Source of the DNA: Octopus bimaculoides
Lineage: Eukaryota
Length of the DNA: 53,232 nt
Assembly (NCBI RefSeq): GCF_001194135.2
Contig: NC_068990.1
Location: 2,073,979 to 2,127,210 of the forward strand
Direction: 5' to 3'
Part shown: positions 14,156 to 26,989 of the stretch, in pieces
How the letters are laid out: each line of letters starts with the position of its first letter
Numbering within the stretch: the stretch's first letter is position 1
Position numbers and translations under genes: made by a program
Notes under the pieces: generated by a model
The model's database searches: none
The model's input: only the letters and a program-made list of their open reading frames with translations
Told to the model about the DNA's origin: nothing

Positions 14156-15288
14156 CTTCAATGAAACATTGATATTGACGAGTAAAAGTCACTGAACAGT
14201 TTGGTGAATAATCGAGCAAACTTGAAAATCTTCTTTCTAAAGCAGTTGTTGAATCAGAACGATTAGTATGGAACTACTGTTCAAGATCTATCCGTAAACG
14301 CACTTCATTAAAATTCGGTCTATTTTCTAATCATTCTCGTGCTCATATAATGGTAGGAAAGACAACGACGTCAAACAGATGTTTTGAACCGCCAATGTTA
14401 CATTTGATGTATTGGATGTCAGTGTCTCTAATAAAGCGTGGTGGAAGGATTATCGGATGGAAATTGTTTACATGGTGGTCAGAGAGAAGAAAGTTTTCAT
14501 TTTTGACCGCTTTATCGTCTGGTGAGACTCAAGTACAACCGAAACAAAACTCACTTTGGCTTGAAAGTTTCCTATTGACGGAATAACGCAGATATGATCA
14601 GGGCATGAAGAACAGCACTCATTATATGGAGAAATATTAATTGTGACAAGCCTACCATTACTTCGTAAACTAAGATTAAATTGGAGCGCAAAATTTACCA
14701 AGGGAATTGCCAACAATGTTATTGAGCATATGTTCAACAAATACAAAAATAAATATTTTGCTTGCATTTGTAGTGAATGGGTATATTTTGTTTGCGTTTG
14801 GCTGTATGAATATATTTTGTTGGATATATTATAAATTATGAATTATATATCAGGAGATATACAGAGTTAAAATGTACCGGTAACATCAGGAAAATGCCGA
14901 CTGTTAAATGTATATTTATTTGACTATTTTAATCTCTAACCTAAATATATAATTTAGAAGATACGAACCAATTTTAACAATTTAAAATGGTTATATCTAA
15001 AGAAATGATAGATTGTGCAAAATAATACTTAAGACATATAGAGATTTGTATATATTTCATATGCTTGTAAAATTCAATTAATTCCAAGAAACATTAATAT
15101 TTGATTTCATTAATCAATTAATGGATTATTTAAATATATATGCCGTGTTTCGGTATATGGTTAGAAATGAGATGAGGAAAATTGGTAAGAGAATATTATT
15201 AAGTCACGAAACTAAGTAAAGATAAATTCAGTCGAAATTATGGAAATGAAAAAAATATTTATAGAATTGTGAATATAGCATAATATAT

Positions 15289-15486
15289 AGGGGTGGTGCT
15301 GAAAAGCTCCTGGCTTTAAGGGTACCGCGAAAGGCCTGGTTAGAAGCTTAACCTTCCGGGTTCCTTTACATGGCTTAGAACACCTGGAGGACCGCTGCAA
15401 TAAGTGTATGAATCTGAATGAGGAATATGTTGAATGAAATCAGAATTAATTGATCAACTTGTATTTTGTTACCCAAAACCCCCTCA
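15289..15486 (+). mobile_element. Short non-autonomous mariner derivative
   Basis: Mariner-like end GGGGTGGTGCTGAAAAGCTCC; C-terminal transposase remnant LEHLEDRCNKCMNLNEEYVE*; partly deleted right end CCCCCTCATA. Confidence 0.6.
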
Positions 15487-16961
15487 TATTATTGTGAGTG
15501 CACGTACATGCGCAATAGAGAGCATGTAACATAATTAGTGTGTTATCTGTAACTGCTATACACACTTTCTAACACTGTACTGACGTGTTTGTGTGTATAA
15601 TAGACGGTATCTAGCATGGAGTGCATATGTGTGCAATAGAGAATAACTTTTTGTATTTATATTTGTATGGAAAATACAGAACATATAGCATATGTGCATG
15701 TATGGGACAATAAAGAACATAAGACAGTGTGTTATATTTCGTAATAGTGTCTATAACACAAAATGTATGTGTCTCTGAGCAACATATACATATATATATA
15801 TAGCGTAGGATGTATGTGGGTGCGCGATTGTATAAGCAAGTGCGAGCATCGAAATAATTAAATAAATCCTTTCGCTAATTACGCGATAATGATGAATGCA
15901 GTTTACATTATGATCGCACGGTTTTCATATAGACATTGAAATAAAAGATATAGAAAATAAATTGCAAAATGTTTCGAATATCTGCCACAGATTTTGCGTT
16001 ATTGGGTTTAATATATCTTGTGCATGCTTTCGGTAATTACTGTATTTATGTACCCGCTATTATATCTATAGACCAAAACGACATGTTCTACTGTCATAGT
16101 TTCGTCAAGTGCAAATTTAAAACGAATTATCTTTTAATGATTAGCTGGTTAATTAGAGATACTACCATTTGAGTGTCAATTAATGTTGGGGTATGAACTG
16201 GTGACACACATAATCAGAAAGTCGGCATTCTATCAGCTAATTGTTATTCGTAGCTTTGTTATTTTCCTCGCGCCAAATTCGATTAGTGAAAGCTAGTATT
16301 GTTTATTAACTTCCCAAAACACAGGAACTAAATAACTCAGTAGTTCTCACCAGACTTGTGAAAAAATTATTGGACGATTCAAACAGAGCGATTCTGTATG
16401 GTACCTCAACTGGCTCGAAATAACCAAATTTCTTTCACGTCATACCCAACCATTGACATGAAGAACAGTGAACATTCCTATGGTCAGATTTCCTAAATCT
16501 GTATATAATATAGTGGGATTGTGTAGGCCGCACCCAGAGAGAAACTAGGTGACTGATTGACATCAAGTCACCCGCAGACTCGCCCAACCCAGAACCTCAC
16601 CTACGCTGCCTTCTCTCTTTGCCGTTCCCATCGTTGCTATAGCAGCCACTGCTTTTCGAAAGCATTTCCACCTTATTCGTCTTATGACCCGCGGAGTAAT
16701 AATTTCCAGGCGCTACACTAATTACGTTGATCAGTAATTCTTTTGCACCACATCGATCATATAGAATTTCATCTTAGTTCATATCCTTACCACAAGCGTT
16801 GACTTAACAATTTTCAAAACGAACAATAATGACATCATTCTCACCGGTTGAGGGAGACTTGCAAATGGTATGAACACAGTCTCAAACCAGGCAAGTGATA
16901 TACATACATACATACATACATACATACATGCATCTATTTAAGTGGATATCTTTATGTGTGA

Positions 16962-16995
<34 letters not shown>

Positions 16996-18934
16996 NNNNN
17001 NNNNNNNNNNNNNNNNNNNNNNNNNNNNNNNNNNNNNNNNNNNNNNNNNNNNNNNNNNNNNNNNNNNNNNNNNNNNNNNNNNNNNNNNNNNNNNNNNTAT
17101 ATATATGAGGGTATTATATACATATATACTTATCCATGTAATCTCCTTCTATTCCTCTCTCTCTTTCTCTCTTTCTCTCTCTCTTCACACACATATATAT
17201 AAATATCCATTTATGCGTTCAGTGATTTAGAACTAAAAAGATTATATTTATATATATATATATATATACATACATACGCACCAGGGTTTGTAACTCAATA
17301 CATGTGCTTTTATTTATAGAATTCGGTTGAAGACACTTCGCAGATAAAGATTCTTTCACTCTTTCTCTCTCACGAACTCTCTCTTCGTCTCTATCTGTCC
17401 ATCATTCATCTCTGCCTCGCTCTCTCTCACTCTACAGGCGCGCGTACACACTCACATATATATAAAGCGATAAATAGATGTGCAAAGTATGTGTGTGTGT
17501 AGATTTATGTATACCATGCTCAATACAACGCGTAAGAAGAGAGCAGACGATGCATTGTACGGATTAGTTTAAGGAATCTTTGAGGAAGTAGAAGGTCAGA
17601 CCAGATCATCGGCACAGTACTGATATTGATAGGAGCATTGGGTTGTCGCGGTGTGTGAAAGAAGTTGATATTATGGAAATGAAGACAACACCATTACTAC
17701 CGCTGCCACCCTCATGTATATCTCAACCACCCGCATCAGATCTGGCGTATCTTGGGTTGGACAGTTCAGCTAGCAAAGATCTAACAGTGAAAGAATTGGA
17801 AGATGCCGGATTTCGACAGACAACTGGAGGAAATGTTTTCATAGAAAGTATTTTAAATCCCAATAATATTATATATATATATATATATCTTAAAAAATCT
17901 CTCTGAAAAGTTTGTGTAAATGAAGAATAGGAAAGGAACAAAAATCAATATTCAGTTTAATAGCTTTGTGTCTCAAATGTGCTTTTTATCTTTTCCTTCG
18001 AACTGATACTTCGGAAAACATCTTCATTAAACTTTACTCTTTGTTTCAATAGTTTCGATTTACTTGTCACTCACGAGGACGAAGTACTGTATTTCGGAGA
18101 AGTTAATGCAGTCTACTATATCCATTCCTTTGTTAGAAATATAATTACGATAATCTGAAGAAATATAGGAAATTACTGTTATTTCTAATATAGTATGTAG
18201 AATATTTATTTTCTTCCACTTTTTCTTTTGGGCTTTCTGAGAAGAATTAAACACTTTCTATTGACCTTTGCTGAGTGTTCTAGTCGGGTGAGATGTGAAA
18301 ATTACTATGAAGCAACGCTTCAACGTATTTTGGCCCAAACCAATCTTGTCTGAATGCTTGTAATAGGGTGAACTCTCCTGAAATCATACAAGAAGAAAGT
18401 AATGTTGTTCAATCAGATGATGGAACTGCAATATCCATGGACTTTGGTCTAAGCATCAGTACAAATAAAATATCTTACCTGTTACTCACACAACTCCAAC
18501 GCAGGCAGCACAGGTGTCTTTACTCTGAATATGTATTTAGTGCATGATATATTACGTCTGACTGAAAGACAAAGTTGAATAACTTTTATCGTAAAATTCA
18601 GCTCTATCAAGACTTTATATAAGCTGAACATCTACCATGCATATCACACCTACTGTTTCTTTCTACAAGTCATACATATATTTCCAATTTCCCTCATTAC
18701 TTCTTTGTTCCTGATTTTAAAAATTCACAGAAAACGCAACACATATATGTGTGCATGTGTGTGCGTGTGTTTATGTGTCGATTTGTGTGTGTATGATGTT
18801 TGCATGTGTGTGTGTATATGTGTGTATTTGTGTGTGTGTATGATGTTTGCATGTGTGTACGCGCACACGCGTGTATGTGTACGCACAAACGGTCATTTGG
18901 CAAAGTCGTGAGACTGTCGAACTGATAGCCTTGC

Positions 18935-19015
18935 AACTCCGGTTCTTTGCTCTCTGAGTTCAAATAGTTCCAAGGTCAACACTGCATTTCATCCTTTTGG
19001 GGTCGCTAAACAAAC
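18935..19015 (+). mobile_element. SINE family A fragment
   Basis: CTGAGTTCAAAT...GGTCAAC...GCATTTCATCCTTTTGGGGTCG. Confidence 0.6.
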
Positions 19016-20807
19016 CCTCAGTTCTCTCTCGTGGTCGACTCATCTCTTTTTCTCCCTATTTTATGTCCGTCTTTCTTTTATCTAAATGAAATGGGATGTG
19101 GACAGATCAGTTGACGCATGGGCTCATGCGTCTGAAGACCTTTAAGACGTGCCATGAAACCCAGTAACAACGCTGTTAAGATTTGAGAACTAAATGTGTG
19201 TGTGTATGCATGAATGTATATATGTGTGTGTGTGTGTGTCTGCGTGCATGTAGTTGTCTGTGCTTGTATGTGTGTGCACGTGCTTCGTTGGGGAATTGTT
19301 GGAGATTGTAGCAGCTTAGTAGACTGCCGTCCCGTTTTTCTCTTGCTACGACACCTATTGAACTACTGAACATACTTTAGTCTTATTTGCTTTTCGGTTT
19401 ATTTAGATCGTCCTCAACATTTTCTTGGAAAACAGTATAATATTAGATTACGGAGGTTTGAACGGACAAACATGACCTCCACAAATAAGATATCAGATTG
19501 CATTCTATTCGTCTATCCTATCGTTCCCACAACAATGAAATGAATTTTTTTTCTGTTTTGCTGCCAATATTTGAGATTGACGAAGTAGCAGAAGCAGTAA
19601 TGTGCCAGACTAAAATCTTTCTGAATGTTGTTGCTTTTGTCTTTCATTAGATTTCACAAACTCCGCCGGAGTCAATATTTCCTTACATCTTTCCAGAGTC
19701 AATGTAATAATTACTACTATTGAGCTAATTGAGTTAAAGCAGTCGTCTATAACTCTAAGGCACAAATTTAGTGTTGTGACTAATACAGGAAATCAATGTT
19801 TCAAGACATTTCTATTGAAACCTGAACTTCTAATTATAAATGCCTTGTAAAATAATCAATGGGGTACTGAATAACTAGCCAGTAAATCGGTCATTCGATC
19901 CTCTGACTAACAGGTCCATGTGTATGTCGTTAAGGCAAATTAACTCTGAACGGTTCGCACTACATCAATGTATTATAAATAGCATTGCGAAATATATCTC
20001 ATTTTAAGTAGCTTGTAGGATGTTTATATATGTTAAAAATATTCCTTGTAGGAATAACTCGGTGAAGAGTGGGGTCTGCATGACTGATTTGTCTTAAATA
20101 CAACGCCTTTACTGTGTTTTATGCGCATGGGCTAGAGATCAGTAACTGAATTCTCTCAAGTCGATTTCAAAATAGAAACGTCATGTTTTTTTTTCAATCT
20201 ACAGGGTTACATGCTCATTTAATTAGCTTTCGAATTTGATGAGCATTGGTACGAATATGTCTAATTATAAAGGATTTCTCGTGTAGAAGCAGGCTTACAT
20301 AACAGTGATAAGTCTGGACTGTTAAGTTACAAGTATAGTGTATCAGACAAGATACTATATGGCTTCCCCACTTCACTCGTAAGGCTTATGTCCACCCGAG
20401 ACTATGTTAAATGCAATGGGTCAATATGTCACGTATAGAGGACGAAATCCAGAACCTCATGGTTGCTAAGCAAACTTCTAAAACTCTCAATCATGCCTGT
20501 GTCCATATAGTGACAGTATATTAGTTTATTACAGTCTATATGGACGGTAGACTTAATCTGGCTCTCAGTATTATACCACCAACAGAAGACACTTTGGTAC
20601 ATTTAAGCAGTATCTAAAACGTTGCAAGCATTTGAACTGAGTCACCGGTCTTTGTTAAATTTGTATTTTCTATACATTCCACTCTATCAGTCACGCAAAT
20701 CTCACCCAAATATTTATGTGTTCTCCCACCTTTTTCTGATTATTCCATTACAGAAACTCTAACAGGCAACTGTTTTCATGTTGTTTTGTATTTGTTTTCT
20801 CCTTTAG

Positions 20808-20963
20808 GTTGATATACCAATTTACTTAGAAGAGGGAGAGACAGTTCTGGTGAATTTTGTCGGTCTAGGTTACGATGCCAACAGAATGGGCAATGCGATG
20901 CCCTACTCAACAGTATGTGATGTTTCGACCCCTGACAAGCAGTTGATCAAATTGCCAGATCAG
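20808..20963 (+). CDS. CFAP65: Internal coding exon of a cilia- and flagella-associated protein 65 (CFAP65/CCDC108)-like gene: VDIPIYLEEGETVLVNFVGLGYDANRMGNAMPYSTVCDVSTPDKQLIKLPDQ
   Basis: Pyrimidine tract plus tttag acceptor, 156 nt stop-free (52 codons, phase 0/0), strong CAG|gtaagt donor. Peptide resembles the human CFAP65 segment VDVPIHILG...FQGVGYNPHMMGD...LVVPGQ (recalled, not searched). Confidence 0.85.
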
Positions 20964-21220
20964 GTAAGTAAATTGTAGCTCTTTCATTCTTTTATATGTC
21001 TCAATCATTAGACTGCAGTAATTCTGGAGCACCTTCTTGAATAGTTTGATCGGTACCAGTATTTATTTATTTGCATTCTACCGGGCAACTATCGAAAGAG
21101 GACGTAAACAATCTAACTCCAGCTGTCAACGAGTGAGACATAAATCACACTTTGGCACAATGTGCATACACACGCGTGCTCTCACACACAGACACAGACA
21201 CACACACGCACACATATAAA

Positions 21221-21384
21221 CGACGGACATCTTTCAGTTTCCGTCTACCAAGTCTACTGACAAGGCTTTGATCGGCTCGTGGCTATAGTAGATGATACTT
21301 GTCCGAGGTGTCACGCAGTGGGATTGAACCCAGAACAACGTGGTTGAGAAGCAAACTTCTTACCACACAGTGACACCACGTCTG
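21221..21384 (-). mobile_element. SINE family B (tRNA-like head, CORE-like CACCTTGGGCAAGTGTCTT-type domain)
   Basis: Minus strand reads ...GTGTGGTAAGAAGTTTGCTTCTCAACCACGTTGTTCTGGGTTCAATCCCACTGCGTGACACCTCGGACAAGTATC..., with A/B-box-like motifs and an (AC/AT)n tail. Further degenerate copies near 20345-20500, 23385-23520, 25352-25500, 28365-28480. Confidence 0.8.
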
Positions 21385-22029
21385 CAAACACACACATACA
21401 CAGACACACACACTCATGCATATATNNNNNNNNNNNNNNNNNNNNNNNNNNNNNNNNNNNNNNNNNNNNNNNNNNNNNNNNNNNNNNNNNNNNNNNNNNN
21501 NNNNNNNNNNNNNNNNNNNNNNNNNNNNNNNNNNNNNNNNNNNNNNNNNNNNNNNNNNNNNNNNNNNNNNNNNNNNNNNNNNNNNNNNNNNNNNNNNNNN
21601 NNNNNNNNNNNNNNNNNNNNNNNNNNNNNNNNNNNNNNNNNNNNNNNNNNNNNNNNNNNNNNNNNNNNNNNNNNNNNNNNNNNNNNNNNNNNNNNNNNNN
21701 NNNNNNNNNNNNNNNNNNNNNNNNNNNNNNNNNNNNNNNNNNNNNNNNNNNNNNNNNNNNNNNNNNNNNNNNNNNNNNNNNNNNNNNNNNNNNNNNNNNN
21801 NNNNNNNAAATTTCAAATATATACATACATACAAAGTATGGCGGTTTAGTTCACAGGTGATCTAAACGCTATGTAAGTGGTGTAACTAATTTCTAGGGCT
21901 CCGAGGATGTAACCGAGACGGTAGTTATGGAGCCATTGCAGATTTTCGATATAGCGGATATACAATTGTTAAAGAGGACAATAAACGTTAAGGATAATAA
22001 ACGTTAAGGAAAGGTAAACATCTGAAGTG

Positions 22030-22870
22030 ATATACATTATTATTATTGTGAAAAATATTCAAAGTCTTACACCTGTTTCTCGGTATCGCGGAGTAGGGGG
22101 GATTTCGTCATCAGAGACAAATAGGGAAAATTAGAAGGGTATAGATTCATGAAATGACTACATCGAGGGCAGGAGTAAAGGAATAAGGAGATTAAGAGAG
22201 AGAAGAAAAAAGAAGCAACTTCCCGATGTTGTAGAAATAAATGCATAAGTCCTTAGGTGCAATCCAGCGAAGGTCCATCTGGGTTAAAGTCAGGATATTG
22301 TAAACATCCAGAAAAAAGACGCAAACATATCAACGTTCAATAAGAGAATGTTAGTGGAGGTGGCTATTAAGTGGTAACAGAAAAGTAAATAAATAGAAAG
22401 AGAGGTAGATAGTGTGAAAGACATGAGTTAAGGATCGAATTTAGGATAAAGTAAGGTATATAAACACTTAGTGTCTAAGAATATAGTGAACTAAGATAAC
22501 CGAGAAGATAAGAGAAAGGACGAGGAGGTAGAGGAAGATAACGTAAACAAATAAACTAAATAGAGCAAAATGGAAGGAATTTAAAGAGGGTGGTATGTAC
22601 CAGTGGTATTCTTCTAGTCTATAGGGGTTGAGAGGAAATCTAGTAGTAAAGGATTGGGTTCTTTTTGGCTAATATCAGTGTCTGTAGAGATATTTTCAGC
22701 AATGGGGTTATGGATGTGAAAGTAGTCGAGAATGGAAAAACTAGCTGTATGTTAAATTATTTAGGAGTAGGAGTTAGAATTAAATATTAGGGGATTTTTA
22801 ACGTTAACGTTTAAAAATAAATTAAAGATAAATTAAAGAATTAATATTTATCTTATAAAGCGGTGAGCTA
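22030..22870 (-). mobile_element. Penelope-like retroelement (PLE) 3' remnant with terminal repeat
   Basis: Minus-strand pyrimidine-rich decayed coding sequence including RIPLVH-(T)YHP (22586-22612, frameshifted), a PLE C-terminal motif as recalled. The 3' terminal segment is duplicated in inverted orientation at 23065-23240 and carries a hammerhead-like core. Confidence 0.62.
22064..22118 (-). ncRNA. Hammerhead ribozyme-like motif (minimal type I, decayed helix II)
   Basis: Minus strand GTCT-CTGATGA-[CGAAATCCCCCCTACTCCGCGATACCGA]-GAAAC-AGGT-GTA-AGAC; helix I GTCT/AGAC, GUA triplet. Confidence 0.55.
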
Positions 22871-23064
22871 AGATAGATAGAAGAGACATAAGTGATAAGA
22901 TAGATAGAAGAGATAAAGAGATATAGGAGAGATTGAAAAGATATAGGAGAGATTGAAGAGATATAGAGAGTTGTGTTAATGATCATGGAAGTTCGTATGA
23001 CAGAATTTAAAAGTGCGGAAGAATTTGTGCTTAGACATAAAGAAGGATTCGCTGTCTTTTCTGC

Positions 23065-23240
23065 TCCGTCTTCCTCTCCTTATTCTTTTACTCCTGTCCT
23101 CTATGTCGTCATTTCATGAATCTATACTTTTCTCATTTTCCCTATGTGTCTCTGATGGCGGAATATTCCATACTCAGGGATGTCCCAGAAACAGGTGTAA
23201 GATTTTGAATGTTTTTCTCAATAATAATAATAATGTATAT
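23065..23240 (+). repeat. Inverted copy of the PLE terminal repeat (pairs with ~22030-22215)
   Basis: Reverse complement of 22030-22215 aligns, e.g. GTCATTTCATGAATCTATAC and TTTTCCCTAT-TGTCTCTGATG...GAAACAGGTGTAAGA-TTTGAAT-TTTTTC-CAATAATAATAAT. Confidence 0.9.
23148..23203 (+). ncRNA. Hammerhead ribozyme-like motif (helix II well paired, core A9>G)
   Basis: GTCT-CTGATGG-C-GGAATATTCC-ATACTCA-GGGATGTCC-CA-GAAAC-AGGT-GTA-AGAT. Confidence 0.55.
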
Positions 23241-24039
23241 AACTTGAGATGTTTGCCTTGCCTTAACGCTTATTGTCCTCTTTAACATATATATATATGA
23301 GAGAGAGAGAAATTGAAAGAAAGAGAGAGGAAAAGACAGATCGATCGATCGATCGATAGACAGATAGATAAATAGATAAATATCGGACATCCACAGAGTT
23401 TCAGTCTAACAAATTTACTCGGCTCGAGGTTATATTAGAAGACAATTACCTAAAAGAAGTAGAAGAGCTCAACCTCAAATTACTTGGTCGGTATACAAAA
23501 TTCTTTATGACACGACCATGCCTGCACGTGTGTTTAAAAAAACCATTATTTTTCACTAAATTAAATTTATCGACCAGTTGCTTTGATTTTACGCTAAATA
23601 TACATAGAGCTGTTGCATATAAATTAATCCTGAATGTTAACTGTAAAGTACACGTACAGACACACATGTAAACACATACATACATGTACATGCACACGCC
23701 GACTGGTGAACACTTAGAATTTGCAAATTGTCGTCGGGGGAGGCTTCAATCTGTTTGTGAATATCCTGTCTGAGATGTGACGCTATTAAAGTGAAATACT
23801 GTGTTCGACATATATGCCGTCATAAAAAAACTGTTGGATGATAAATGCTGAAAACTCGTATAGATATTCACGAAGGGAGACAATAATACAGTCGTGTGGA
23901 GCTGATGACACTTCGATGAGAATAAATAGCCTACATAGAATTGGGCATATGAATTGAATTACAAATTTTAGATCAATGGAAAAGCATATATTATAGCTTT
24001 CCCTAAATAACGAAATACTTATTTATCTGTTATAATACA

Positions 24040-24088
<49 letters not shown>

Positions 24089-24763
24089 CAAATTAGAGTG
24101 AAAAACTACAGATTTGTGTTATATGGTTAAAGAATATATTTATTTCGTTATTTTAGAAAAATGTTATGAAATTTTGTGTTTAGTAACGTTGTTTTGGGAG
24201 AAATAACCGGTTTCGTATTTTCTTTTCAAATTTCTCATATTTCTTTACCGATATTGTGTTATTTCTTCGCTCTGATGTGAAGTATGAGAGTTCCAGACAG
24301 GGGAAGGTAATCAGGAATTTATTCGGTATAAGGGAGATAATCAAAATTGTTGGGAGTGACTAGGTTTTATTAATTAGACATGATTTTGTTTAGAACGAAT
24401 AGAATGTTAGAAGTGGTTAAGTTTTGCTTTATTTCTTTTCAATGAGGTAAGTTTCCTTATTAAAAAAATGCTAGAAATTTTAAAGTTTTGGCTTATATTT
24501 TTCAATAAGTAGATTGAGAGATGTGCAACTGCTTCCACAATTTGTAATCTTTCCATTTTATCAATGTGCCATTGGAACACCAACACAAGTTAGATTAAAT
24601 AAGCAAACCTACTTCATTGAAAGCTATAAGTCAAAACTTAATCTAATCAGGCGTTGCTTCATTTACATGAATAATCTGATAAGGATTTGGAGGGGGATAT
24701 TCTGCTGAACCCGATTCAAAAATTCATGTAAAGTGTATCGTTTCCAAGCATAACACACGCACG

Positions 24764-24804
<41 letters not shown>

Positions 24805-25982
24805 TTTATATGTATGTATATATATATATATATTTTGATACACACACGAAATATACTGCCATCTAGTGTTTATAGGTAAAATATGTGAATATCTAGAAAT
24901 TTATCGCAGTATTTTTCCCATTTTATTACAGTGTGAAATCGTTTAAACGACCGAAACCGGTAGATGCTTAGTGAAAAATATACAAACTATCTTTCTATTT
25001 TCCATGACAATTTTCTCTAGGCGTTTTTGTTCATCTTATTTTGTCAATACATACATACATACATGCATACATACATACGTACGTACGTACGTACGTACTG
25101 GCCATGTGTCGAAACCATAATGATATCCGTGTGGCAGTTGATGATAGAAATGCATATTTGTTATGCTAGTTTCTAAAATGTTTCTTAGTCTCGCAATACT
25201 GAACTGTCTTTCATTCTAGTAAAGGGGAACGTGCTTGTGAAATCATTGTTTGTGCAGATTACTTGCTACGATAGATAATCATATCAGGCTTGGATATTTG
25301 TCTTTATTTTCGGGAGGCTCTGTGGCATTTCTATATCTATAAATATATAGGATGAGCTTCTATCAATTTCCGTCTACCAAATTCACTCAGAAGTGTCGTG
25401 TCAGACCAAGGCTAAAACACTTCGCCAAGGTACTATGCAGTTGCTACTGATCCAAAGACCACATATTTTAGGAATCAAACTTCTCAACCACACGAGTACT
25501 GCCTTAGTTTGAATTATGAACTCAATAACATAATGGGAGATTACATAATAAATCTCGATCTAAATTACGTTGAGAGAGCATGGAGGGGGCATAACCGTTA
25601 AAATACTATTAATAATAGTTTCTGCTGTTAATATGACGACAGGGAGGAGCGTACAAGCAGTTATGATGTCAACAGGGAGGTGCCCGAGCAGAGATGTGTA
25701 AAAGGAGGATAATGGTGGTGGTGGTGGTTGTGATTGTTAAATGGCTGATATTCTCACATCACAGTGTGAAATATTGATTAGTTGAGAGCGACGGGTATTT
25801 GTGATGGACGAGAACTGAGTGCGCAACAGCGTGTTTCCGGACTTGTACCATCTTGTGTGAGTCTCTTCTAACACAATCATGAGTTGTCCAGCTGTCTTGT
25901 TAAGGCAATTTGATAGACAGCAACTATGAAAAACTCTGTTCTCCGTCGTATGTCTATTTAACTATCTAGCTATCAATGCACG

Positions 25983-26014
<32 letters not shown>

Positions 26015-26934
26015 CATGCACAACACACACACACACACACGCATATACACACATACACACAGATATATTCTTTCACCAGTAGCAATGCAACCATTCATCC
26101 TGAAAAGCTTAGCTGATCAGTTGATTCTGTACATATCAGAATCTATTTTACATTAAGTTACGTTGACGTAGGCAAAAATACATCGATTGTCAAGTACAGA
26201 GTTATAACACAATAATTCCCAACCGTATATACACACATACACGCACGTATATATTTTTATGAAGGGAAACTGCTAAGTTTCTGTCTCATAGTCAGTAGCC
26301 AACACTGAGTCGTAGTAAAAGTCACTCACCTAAGTTGTCGGGGAGTTATTTCTGCGTGCATTTACGCTCGTATTTGTGTGTGTGCGATGTTCACACGCAT
26401 CTATTTACTACTGCCTGTCTAAGTTATGTCAAATTGCTTCTTTCTGATTTTGACTCAGTTTTTGATAAATAGAATCGATAAAACAAGTAATCAACCGAAA
26501 TAAGTACCGAATCTAATATAACCTGGAATAAATGTTTGACCGGAATATCCCAGCTTGGCTGGAATTGAAAGACTCGAAGTTGTACAAGCTAAAATCGATG
26601 TTAGTGCGAAATATCACCACCTTGTGATATTGTTATGTCTCAAGCTACTGCTATCTAGCGCTTCCGGGTGATCTCTACTTGACCGCAGCACGACTGCTAC
26701 TCAACAGTCACCCAACTCTCTACCACGGCTAGACTACCTCTATTTATATGTCTTGGGCGATCCTACTTCTTCGCTTGGGGGCGTCGACACAACAGATATA
26801 CATCTTCAGTTACAATAAATGAGGATAAAACATTTACCATCAGTGGCCAGCATATAAAATGAAACCAATTAAGGTGAAAACATTATATACTCGCAGGAGC
26901 ATATATAAATATTCCATTTATTTCTATAAGTACA

Positions 26935-26989
26935 TTCTGCTGAAGATGAAAGAGACTTTGAGTAGATTCGGAAATTAGCTAATACAGAA
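26935..26989 (+). ncRNA. Minimal type-I hammerhead ribozyme candidate with palindromic helix III
   Basis: TTCTG-CTGAAGA-TGAA...TTCG-GAA-ATTAGCTAAT-A-CAGAA. Perfect 5-bp helix I, intact CUGANGA and GAAA boxes, self-complementary ATTAGCTAAT, AUA triplet. Confidence 0.68.

Noticed and set aside
16357-16484. 42-codon minus-strand open frame ECSLFFMSMVGYDVKEFGYFEPVEVPY... with a GTGAG donor
   Set aside because: Poor acceptor, no recognisable homology, and a length expected by chance.
17643-17906. 87-aa ORF containing AGFRQ, faintly like LINE RT
   Set aside because: One short motif is not enough to assign it.
1-20807. Expected upstream CFAP65 exon (...FSP.EAKTY)
   Set aside because: Not found by eye; it probably lies upstream of the window, or is too diverged for me to recognise.
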